This document shows, one piece after another, positions 13,101 to 25,100 of a stretch of 64,000 bases of DNA; within the stretch, counting starts at the first letter, position 1; every line of letters begins with the position of its first letter. The translations under genes and the position numbers were made by a program. The DNA comes from Phoronis australis (lineage: Eukaryota > Animalia > Phoronida). Below the pieces are notes generated by a model. The model made no database searches. It worked only from the letters and a program-made list of their open reading frames with translations, and had not been told where the DNA came from. The stretch spans positions 413,628 to 477,627 of the forward strand of contig NMRA01000195.1 of the NCBI GenBank assembly GCA_002633005.1, read 5' to 3'.

Positions 13101-16100
13101 CTCAACTGTTACGTCTGAGTGGCAATATTTTCGGAGCAATACGGAAAATCTTATCTTATACAAATACACCCTTGTCGCAAAATCTGATGATGTAAAGAAC
13201 GTTGATAGTTCAAAAGAATTTAACTTCTCGAGAACCTGAAATGATGATTGACAAGACAACGAAGGACACCTGTGCAAAGTTTTTATAGCTGTGTAATTAC
13301 GTTGTCGCATATAAAATACGTTCACTCTTAAAATACAATTTTATGTAGTGAAACTGTTTTCGTTACTATGGTCAAAGAACATATAACTAAAAACGACGAG
13401 TATAAATCAAATTATCATAGGAAGACTGATTTCTCTCAACCGAGCAAAAGGTCTTCTTCGTACAAGGTAGATTTATATCCCGGCGGGGGATTTCCGAAAG
13501 AAATATTATGCAGGGACATACCACCAGCTTGGTCGGTATTGCGCCCACAACTTGTCGCCTTGTGTGCATAAATTGGCTTTGATGTGATAGACAAAGGTGG
13601 ACTTGATATTACTTAGAGTATCATTTTTAGTATTCACTTTGTATTTTTTACGGACTAACCGTAATCCCCTGTTACCAAAGTACCACGTTCATTTCGAACT
13701 TAGGAGGCAGTACAGATTATTTGGAAAATGTCCCTTAAGACTACTCCGTTTATGACATCCATCGAAACTCCTACGTAAGACATCCCGCGAGACTCCTGTG
13801 TACAGCCCCTAGCAAGTCCCTCCAGACTATGCTGAGTTACAGTACCTTGCCACAAAGGACATTATTTTTGTTCTCCTGAACGTCCCAGTACGTCTCTGGA
13901 AGAACTAGGCTTGTTTAGAGACGCGAAGGCACTGTAGGCGTTAATGCCAGTAGAGTATGAAGCGCCAAAGGGTTCCTAAACGAGTACCTTTCTGCGCTTT
14001 GAAATGTGCTTAATGAACAGGTAATCATAATTAATCAACGCGTAGTTTTAGTTCCTAAACGAATAAAAGCAGAACTATGATCTAAAATATGCGTTGATTA
14101 AGCAAAACTACGCGTTGATTAAGCAAAATTACGCGTTGATTAGCCCATTTCAACGCTCTGATCGGGAACTCGTCCTTAAGAACCCCTGGGCGCGTCATAG
14201 GATAGGTCTGATAACTCTGTCTGTATCATGTACCTGACAAATCACACAGGTTTTTACCTTGTAAACATTACCTGGCATATGTATGCATGTGTCTGTGACA
14301 ATTCACCTGAGGTAACATGTCAAATAGACCCTTCGGTTAAGAACAAAACCAAACCAGCACAGCCTGTGATCCGGCAAGGAAATCCCATGTGACTGACGTC
14401 ATACCAGACCCAGTGTCAAATCGTTCCAACGTAGACAACACCTCAAGATATGGCATATAATTATTATGCCAGGTATGTTGAAGGAGTCAGGTAACATCAT
14501 CAAGATAAGTACGTGTTCATGACCTTCACTCAGCATTTCAGTCTGGATATACTGTTGCCGGAACTCTTGGCCTGACTGCAACCGTGTATGTTGTTATATA
14601 AACAACGATGTGTTCTTGTCATCACTGTTTTACAGTAGCATACTGAAGGGGAGGCCGACGGTGCGACTGCAACGGGCATCCACATACAGTGGAGCTGGAT
14701 CTAAACACTAAGGAGAAACTTTTTGAAATTTAGACTGATTTTTAGTTATTAAAGTTTCTTTTGAGTTTCAGCTTTTTTACTTTTCTTAGTACTAGGGTCC
14801 ACTCATTTTAGTAGAGAGACGGGCACGTAATAAAAAATCGCCCCGGGCATCACTAAGCCTCTGCACGCTACCGAGACAAAGTCTCGTCAATTTTTGTTAA
14901 TGAAAATCCCAGCATTTTTACTGCCATATCACTACCTTTTAAAGTAAGTGTTTCAAAAACTTTCGTTGCTGCTTCTTTACAAGTAAGGGAAACCGTACCT
15001 TGAATGACCGATCAAAATATATTGCTTTCAAAGTGACAAAAACATATACTCGTCACAACAGTACAGGCAGTGTCGGTGACTTCGCTGTCTGTGTTCGCTT
15101 ATGGGCCTCGAGTGTCACTCGCGAGAAGGATTACCAAATACGACGATGGACAAATTTACTGTGTTGTTAAATCAAAACAAACACGACCCTACCTCTCGTC
15201 CTTGACTACAGGCCGCGCAGCCAACTTAAATCCGCATATATCATAAGTGCCGTTTACATTACAAAAGTTGACACGGATCAGCTGACAAGGAACAAGTTGT
15301 TCCAGCGCAAGTATGGTGTGTAAACGGGAATGAACTGGAGCAAACTGACACCGCGGTGACAACTTTTGCCACCCGTTTGTGAGGCAGAGCGATTTGCGCT
15401 AGAACATCTTGCTCCGTGTCAATTATGTTTTTAAACGCGTAGGCCTAACAAGGGCAAGACGGAAAGGATCATCTCTACTGCGCTTGTTTATTGCCGACCT
15501 CAATACGGGTTCTATGTCTCTTCAACTCCCGTGATTTGTAAACCTGCGCATGTGTGATACACTCTCCAGCCTACAATTTCCGTCTTGCCGCAGTTAGTGA
15601 GTTGTGTGTGTGTGTGTGTGTGTGTAAACGGACGTTTGACACCGATCAATTTGCTCTGTGTCAGTTGCGCCGGGCCAAAAGTTGATGTCTAAAGGGGCCT
15701 ATAGTACTGTATAGACTGGCACTCGAGATATTGATATATTAGTTACACTCAAAATTTGTTCTCACCAAGTGTTTCATGTAGTTCGCAATTAAAATTGCGA
15801 ACTACATATGGATGACTGACGAATTAACCACCCACAGGAATCCAATTATCTTAGTTGTCTTGTTTTTGTTGTAGTTGCGTTGCAGCTGATGCCAAATATG
15901 TAGGCTGACTATTTGTTTGTATTGATTTATCACCCAGGAAACCTCTCCATCAAAACTGCAAAGAATGCTTTGCCGACCTCGGAAAGCATAATTGAGTAGG
16001 CGTGTGCTCCTCGCCCAAGATTTTTGACGAAAATCACAAGGTTTCTGAAACGTCTTGCGTAATGTAATAAAATGAATGGAACATAATTTTTGACTTATTC

Positions 16101-19100
16101 ATATGTTCACAAAGCTTGTCGTTGACCGTTGTGTGTATGTACGTGTCTAATTGAAAAACATCCAATATCTGCATATTTTCTAAATTTTGGACTACGTTTC
16201 CGCAGAGTTGAACTTCAAAGTCCTATAAGATGACAATTGACAAACGCTTTGTTTTTATGTGACTCCAGGAGACATAACAATACATGTATACACGTATATA
16301 GCGTTGCAGACTTTAGAGACCGCTTGCTAGTTCTTGTTATCGATAAGATAATTTCCTTAATACTGTTGAGCAAAAATTACTTTCAAATATCGGAAAATAA
16401 ATACACACTTTGCAACTAATTATTTAGTAGCTGAATAGTTTCGGATTTAAATGTGTCTTAAAGCGTCCATTAGTCGACTTTAAGTTGAGCCAAATGAATC
16501 CCTAAACAAACATATATAGAGTTTGGAATTGTCACTGTTTTTGTTCTGGGTTTCTCGTTGGTTCAATACCATATTTAAATAGGAATGTTTATCCCCAAGT
16601 AGCCTTCGGGGGGATTATTGCATCGCTAACAAAAACATCGCATCATGTGAGAATTTTTGAATTCTCAGTCGACGCTCAGGACCAAAGTATAGGTTTTATG
16701 TAGACGGCTAAAATGACAGGGTGTCGCAAAACTGCGATTAGTTTACAATTGCCTTCCCTCTTGAGCAGTGATCTCTAGTCGTCATTCAAAAACTTACCAA
16801 TCACTTTAGTCATTGTCATTTTGATCACCTAGGCTAGTAAGCTCAGGAATATATTCGTGAAACACTCGCCTTTCACTTGCGTGATTTGCAAGATCTGGAG
16901 ACAAACTAGTTTTCACACAAGACACTTAATCTACAATAGGTTTTTTTTTCTCACTGGTCGCCAAAAACAGACAACATAAAAATGAAGGTTGAAATGCAAA
17001 TTAACCGCCTGCCTGTATACGACATGTTACCACCAGTTTTACTACCTTGTTCGGTCACCTAAAATTAGGCAGAAATTACGGGACATAAAGCAAGAAAGCA
17101 GTTTACATTTTGAAGTTTACAAATGAACAGTTTGCTCCGAATAAACGAACACAATGATTCGGCATATTTCATCATTTTTACTAGTCCGGAATAGTACACC
17201 CACACGTACAAGGGTGTGTGTGTGTGTGCGTGCGTGCGTGCATATGTGTGTGGGAGGGTATCGCGTTTTTCCCGGAACACACGACATTTTTCACAATTGA
17301 TGACCATTATTTCATTTCTCTTATACTTTCGAAACAGTGATCGGCAGAGCATGATGGTGCAACTGTTGACCAAGAGAGTTTTCAACGGCTTGAGAAGTGG
17401 ATCATTAGTTAGCCTGCACTCACGTTCTCACAGCGGTCAGGCCACAAATTAGTTACATGCATCTTTCACTTTTGATGCAGGTAACCGGTAACGTCAACAA
17501 CTTCTCAACCTCCGCGTATACTCCGTTGGTCTTTTTTTAAGTGATATATATTTATTGAAGGATACACAGAACATACAAAGAAACAATAACAAACCCAGAA
17601 ACCGCGAAGCATTATATCTGGGTTGTAAACAATTCATAAATGAAACTTATATACATAGAGGTATATACAATTAAGTAGTATTCATATCTTACGAACCGCG
17701 ACTAATGGTGAAAAAATCAACACAAAGATTTCCTCGTATGACCTCTCCGGCTACAAAATAAAAGCAGTCATTGAACACCATGGAAGAAAGACGACGGGTG
17801 GTCATTATACATGCTGTGTTAAATCGTCAGCATGGGAATGGATAAATTTTGACGACTCTACAGTCACAAGTACATCCAAGCCTCCCCAGGATGCCTACAT
17901 TGCAATATATGAATTATAAACCAACAAAGGAAATCAACATAAAAAATATGGCGCAATTTCAACATCAACGTCGCATATCACATCTGACGCAGCCAAGTCA
18001 AGTTATTTTTTGAAATTCATACTGGTACGGGAATTGGGGATAGTTAGGCCTATAAAAGATCTTTAACCCAGCCGCAGAGCGTCTAAAGCCGCGCACCGTA
18101 CCAGTGACTGCTGGCAACTCATCGGGACTCAACTTTAACATCTTTCGCCGCAGAGATAACAACTCTTGGGCTGTCTCCGGTGAGTCCATTCTTTGTTGAA
18201 TGATGTTTAGATAAATTNNNNNNNNNNNNNNNNNNNNNNNNNNNNNNNNNNNNNNNNNNNNNNNNNNNNNNNNNNNNNTGAGTCTCTCAGGGATTCGATG
18301 AGGGGACATTTGAAGAAAATATGAGGATAAGATTGATGGTCACCACATTTACAGTTTGGAGAGACATTACTAAAGTTGTGCCTGAACTTGTCAGAGTTGA
18401 GGAAAAGGCCACATCTTGATCTGTACAATCCTATTTCGTTATCGCGGGTAAGGGAGAATTGAGTCAAGGGTGTTGAGTTATCAAAATTATGAAAAACAGT
18501 TCTAAAACTATTTTTTATACACGTAAAAGAGTTGCTTTCCTTAAGAGAGACTGGAAGAGAATTCCAGTTGTTCCTCCGTTGGTCTTCGTAGCAAATGCGC
18601 AGCACAGACGCAAATCTTATCTTTCTATTACACTGCTCAAATTATACTTAGAATGATTCATTATGTACAGACGAATTACAAAATAACGAACAAATAAGTA
18701 ATAGAAGTGCGAAAGTAACGACACCTATTAGGCTAGTCAACTTACGTGACAATGGCATTGAATCTCCAATGACTTCCACATTAATTATCAAACACTTAAA
18801 AATTATTCGAAAGTCATTTGTGTCTGTATATAAATGTTTAGTCTATACGTTCTACTGTTACATTACAATGGAAGCACTAGACTAGCCAAGAGAATTCATT
18901 ATAAACAGAGAATGTTGGGCTGCATTTGTTTTTATATGTTTACAATACAAGAACATTTAGCATTGGAGGGACGGTAGCTTTTTCCCGGCGTAAGTTTTCT
19001 ATCTGTCAACTATTTCATAAAAATCAAATCCATTTGATAACACGTGCTCAGGAACAGCCGTAAACACCCGCTTGTTTGCCGCTGCTTAAGCCTACTAAAA

Positions 19101-22100
19101 GTGAACCGCCATTCTGATGCTGATAGTCTGTTACAATAGGACGTTTTCCCAAACTCCACCGTCTATGCAATGTCTTCAGGGCTACTAGTGTAACACCAGG
19201 GGTGGCGCTGTGACTTGTGAGTGACCTGTTCACAAAGTAGAATATTGACATCTTCCTCCACCGGAAATCCTATCATGTATACGAATGCTTCACCCCTGCC
19301 CCTGTGGATGTTGGATTTTAAAAAGTCTTATGAACACCATACTTCTGTATAACATTTTCTGTTCATGATAGTATTAGTCTGCTCCAGCAAATGAAAATGG
19401 AACACGTAAGGTCTGACATGCTTGTTTTAAGTGCCATTGTTCTATTTGCCTGCTCATCCTGTTTGACGTGAATTGAAAAAATACAGGGTCACCAACTGAA
19501 ATATCTTTTACTAGTTTAGCAGCTCAAATAGCGTTCTCAAAAACACGACAACTTCATTATTTCAATTTGTTTACTATGGCATTGATCAGAAATTCACGCC
19601 TGCCTTCAAAGCTCCACGTTGGCCATTAGGTGGAGCCGCTGAAATCTTCTACATGTTCCACATATCACGTTCCAGCAACTTTGCCATTTTCAAATCAGCT
19701 GAAAAAATTCCATGTTTTCTTTTCATCCTTATGGTGAGCGCCTAAATTGTGAAACTTGAAGTCATGAGCTTTCACAACAAAAGCTCGAAAGTCAACATTT
19801 TTTAATTAACTAATCATTTAGTTGTAAATGCAAGTAAAATTCAAATGTTTAGTAAATTAATCACGTCGAAAATCAATGAATGCTTGGGAAAATCTTATCA
19901 AACTGCCGAATTTCCTGAAGGAAAAAGATTATGGGACAGTAACTGTTTAAAAAACAAGTGTTCACAATGAATTGACAAATTTTCCCAAAGACTGATTGAT
20001 AATGTGCTAGATTTATTGCAACCTGTTATTTATAGCATGGCATAAAAATTCACCTCGGCTTCTGTTGCTCTCTATCAGAGCTAGACGGGTTCAGAATGTT
20101 AAGTGGGGGTTAATGGCTTTATTTCAGAACACACATACTTCCCTCTGATCGCTGTATAATTGACCACCTATTGGCACTGTTGGGCTGGGCTTTCACGATG
20201 TGTCAATGGAAATCAATATAACAAGTTCTACCATTGGCCAGCACCATCTGCCTCCACCACCTGCCAACATCATCACCAGCACTACTACAACCATGACCAC
20301 TATGAAAACAAGCACCACTTTCATCACAGCTGCGACCAGCTTCTCTACCGTCACCAGCATTGCCAGTACAATCGCTTGACCAACTTCGCTACATACCCTA
20401 CCACCGAAACCACTGTGACACAGGATCCTATTACCACGGTCATCATCATCATCAGCACTACAACCACTATCTCTAGCACCATCACCATAGACATTAATCT
20501 CACCTTCACCGCAATCACCAGCAACGTGACCACTATTGCATGTTTGAAAAACTCGAGAGGCAAAATTGTGTATAAAATTTACATCCTATAACAGTTTCTG
20601 ATGCTCAACTTTTGTTTCAGATAAGTGCACGCTCGATGGTATAACCTACAAACGTGGAACAAAAGTGAAAAATAATTGTAATTACTGGTAAGTCTCGAAC
20701 TTTTAGTACAATGTACATGTAGTCGAAGTATCGTAAATGTTCTTCGTGAACTCGTAACCATGGCTAACACTCGATCTAAGATGTCATTTGAATGGGTTGT
20801 TTCAGCACGTGTGAAGAGGCTATCCGCGGTCGCGAACTCAACTGGAGGTGCACAAATAATGCTTGTCTTATCCGTCCAGATTTGATGCAGAAAGTGAATG
20901 AAAACAGGAAAACACTGGGGTATGTTGACACTACGTGCACGAATTCGTCATTATGTTTGAAAACGAGATGTTGTGTCCAAACTACTGTGGTTCCTACGGT
21001 GGATGTAAAAGAACGGCACTGCAATTTTTTTTCTCCATTGCTAACTCTATCGATAGACTTTATCTCTATCGATAGACTTACTAACTCTATTGATAAACTT
21101 AGTAAGTCTATCGACAGACTTAGTGTCTCTATCGATGGACTTACTAACTCTATCGATAGACTTACTAACTCTATCGATAGAGATAATAAGTCTATCGATA
21201 GAGATAATAAGTCTATCGATAGAGATAGTAAGTCTATCGATAGAGATACTAGGTCTATCGACAGAGACAGTAAGTCTATCGATAGAGATAGTAAGTCTAT
21301 CGATAGAGTTAATAAGTCTATCGATAGAGTTAGCAACGGAGAAAATAGTTGCTGTGCCGTCCTTTCGCAGCCATCGTAGGTTCATCATGCTTGGAACACG
21401 CGAGCGTTGACGTTTGCGTTGTTACAGTTGTTAAAACGAGGCATTGTGTCCTAAACAACAATGCACAACAATCATTTTTGCAGCGCCACCAAAGTGTGCA
21501 GGCAGTGAATAGAGATGATCCATTACATACGCAGTATTAGAAATCTTACCACGCTTACAGTGTACATATCAACTCAGCCTCAATCAAATCATAACCGTAT
21601 TCTGAAACCATCAAAATGTACTGAAGTGTTCTAACCTCTTATATTCATCTATTTCTGGCTAAGCAATTACTACATGCCGTATTTCACTAAGAAACAAAAA
21701 AAGCTTTGAAATGCGCGTCATCATACACGGAGCATAACACTTCGTACGTGTTGGTTCCAGGTAACAAACTTTCCTTGCACCTGATGGCAGTTTAAACGGT
21801 CTTTATGATGTTTACCTGTTCAACTTAACCTGATTTACAGTCCATCGTCGCGGTCAGAGAGTAGGACACATTTACTGAATGATTCATAGGTCAACAACTG
21901 AGACAACAAGCACGAGTTATTAGTTGTTTTAAACATATTGTTTTTAACTGTTTATATAATTTCGAGACTATACAAGTACAATTCTATACATTCATTCTAC
22001 AAAGCGAAAATACTATGTGTAGACTGAGGTAACAATATCTTTAATAACGGATTGTAGTAAAAGCGTACATACACCTGTACACAAGAAATGGAGACTGCAA

Positions 22101-25100
22101 TATTTACGAAATCTACACCAAGAAACACACTGCTCTTATGAAGAATTTCTTAATTCGAATGTATACTGTTACACAATAAAACTGAAGATATACTCGTTCA
22201 TCAGATAAATATTTTCTAGTAACGATAATGACTGCCATCAAAGCGTCTATTCATATTGCTAAAACGTAAGGAATAATCACTGTTATTATCAAGCGCCTGC
22301 ATAATTTCATTTCTCTCATTCGCTTTTAAATAAAAGAAATAATGGAAGTTACTATTAGTTGGGTGACCACGACAAATACCGTGAAGAGTCGTGTTTTAAC
22401 AGTTGTGGTAAAACTTTTGAATGTTGTGAAAGTGCCCAGATCTAAGTTTCTCAGTTGAATCGCTCCTTGACGCGGAGTGTTTTGGATAGAAGTGGTTGGT
22501 GTTTGAGTAGCAGAGTTATTGAGGTGTGTTTTGATTTTCTTCTTTTTGAGTCTTGTGATTGATCGTGGTAACTTCATAGGTACTGAGAGCATTCCACTGG
22601 AATTGTAGTGTTGCACAATAATGTAGTGTTGCACAATAATGATACAGTAGGCAACAGTATAGGTCTAGTTTCAGTTCATTTTTAATTGTGAATGATAAGT
22701 AATGTTCATAACGGGTCAAGTTAGATGAACATTTGTAGTGTACAGTGATGTATTGCAGAAAAACACAATATTTGTGGACTTGACCGTTGATAAATGACCG
22801 AAACTCAAGGAAATTTTATACATTTGCACTATGATTTTCAATTCTCACAGAACACTAAGGCACAACTAGCTTAATTTGACTGCCGGACATTTTTGTCATA
22901 GTTAAAGGAGAGAGTGGCCATATCCACCTTAACGGACGACATCCTGGTGGCGACCTTTGGGCTGAGCGATACGAGAAGGGTTGCAGCGGCATGGAATCGA
23001 TGACTATTAGGGGTGGCACGTTTCGGAGCAAGCAATCCTAGCTAGTGTCAGTAGTTTGAGAAACAAATTTGCTCCGACAGATACATTGCCTCATTCTAAA
23101 TTTGAGATTTGCGATTTTAAACTACGTGGGACAAATATGTAGATGTAGATAGTTTCAGGAATGGCTTCGGTGAGGTAGGATGTCCCAATAGCATAATCCG
23201 GACGCCCACGACATTCAAGCTGGGACCACCTGGGGTCGCTGAAAGCCGAGAGTTCAACATTCGTTCAGGCGGTTGTTGTGTGAAACCGGGCCTGTTACAA
23301 AAATCGCTTTCTTTCATCTTAACTGAGCGCTATTGTATCACGATAAGGCACACGTTTACTCACTTTAGCGATAAAGTAAGGCACACTTAGTCAAATAGAT
23401 TATTTATTGTATGTACAGAGTACACATGTGTGTCGATCTTATGATAAGCTCTTTTCTCTCATTGTGTGGCTGCTCAATGCCGACGCAGGTAGGCCACGCC
23501 CATCATAGTTACCATTGCCAAGTCCCACAAACGCATTAGCAAACAGAGCGGAAGTCCTCTACGTACGTATTATCACGACAGGGATTTTTTCGATGTGATC
23601 CCGATGATCTTTCTGAACTGCTAATGGATGGTGCTACACAATACCATGGGCTCTTGACAGGAATTTAGTCGTTTTACGCAGCTGGATATTGACAATCCCA
23701 AATCTTTGAGCAAATTTAGAGATTACCATTCATATCAACTGAACTTCATCTAGATGTCAGATCGAATGAAACAGCCAGGTACCGAGCATTTTGACCTGAG
23801 AACTTGGCGAAGCATTTGCGGCGTGAATTCTTCGCTTATGAAACCGAAACCGTGAATTCTAACCTCACCGACCACTCAATTCAATATCCGTCATTTTGCT
23901 AGGGTACACTAGTCAGCTGCCAATCATACACGCAAAAATTTCCCTTTCAGTCGCGTGATTTTGCGTGGTCTTATGTGATCTTACTTTTTGGCGAGTTTCT
24001 CGTGCCTAAGGAACGCCACCCTGGTGAGATATTCCAAAGATAAATGATGATGAGAAAACACTTGTCTTCAAACGATTAGATAATGTTATTAACACTTGTT
24101 GGTGGCCACCGATGGTCTGGGAATAAGGGTACACGAGTCCTATTGGCATGGCCACGTTTCCGGAAAAGTCGCAGGCAATGTCAGCCACATATGTTCGGCT
24201 TCCTAATTTAATCCACATCAGATACTTGCAAAGAAAAGAAAAAATACGGCATTTATTAGTTCTCTTTGGACTTGATGTAATTTCCTCGGCGGCTGGAATT
24301 AAGAATTTGGTTAACATGTCGGAGTTATCCATCTGTAATAGACCCACGAATTAAAAATGGCATCACCAGGATCGGGTTGTTGCGGGAAATACAAAACTGT
24401 CAATAGGTAATGCGAACGGACTTTGGGAATCGATCCATTTCATGGTGAAGATCCCAGGCACTATATTTTGCTTCGGATGACAAGGTTACAACATGCATAT
24501 ATGCAAATCCAGGTGGTCAACATATACCCTTCTCTGATGTAACAGGACAGGTGAATGCCTTCAGTAGTTAAACTGCGAGAACTTTTTATGAAATGAAAAA
24601 CCATGTTTTTAAAGAGTGCAGTTAATTAGAGGTGGTTTTTCAAAAATTCTGGAATATTTTAATTTACAGTATGTGCCAGTGAATACCCAACAGCCATCGA
24701 ACTCATGTGGCATAGGAATGCGTCAAGTATACGGTTGAACGTATATCGCACATGTTGTATGTACGTACGTATGTGTGTATGTATGTATGTGCATGTATGT
24801 ATGTGTGCATGTATGTGTGTATGTATGTAAGTATGTATGTGTGTATGTATGTATGTGCATGTATGTATGTGTGTATGTATGTGTGTATGTATGTAAGTAT
24901 GTATGTATGTATGTATGTATGTATGTATGTACGTATGTATGTATGTACGTATGTATGATGCATGTACATCTATGTATGTGTGTATGTATGTGCGTATGTA
25001 TGTATGTACATGTATGTATGTGTGTATGTATGCATTTATGTATGAATGTATGTATATGTATATGTATGTATGTATCGAGTGTTAGTCAAATCTGTTGTCA

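Noticed and set aside
20160-20591. Thr/His-rich ORF as a mucin-like alternative exon
   Set aside because: Degenerate triplet repeat with no convincing splice sites; the gene model is complete without it.
20776-21410. Long overlapping ORFs (SIDR/LSID repeats)
   Set aside because: Produced by the 21-bp palindromic array; only 20806-20919 is a real exon.
22326-22640. Possible LINE 3' fragment (WNALS.., FKSF..VKTRLF on -)
   Set aside because: Motifs are too short and split across frames to support a feature call.
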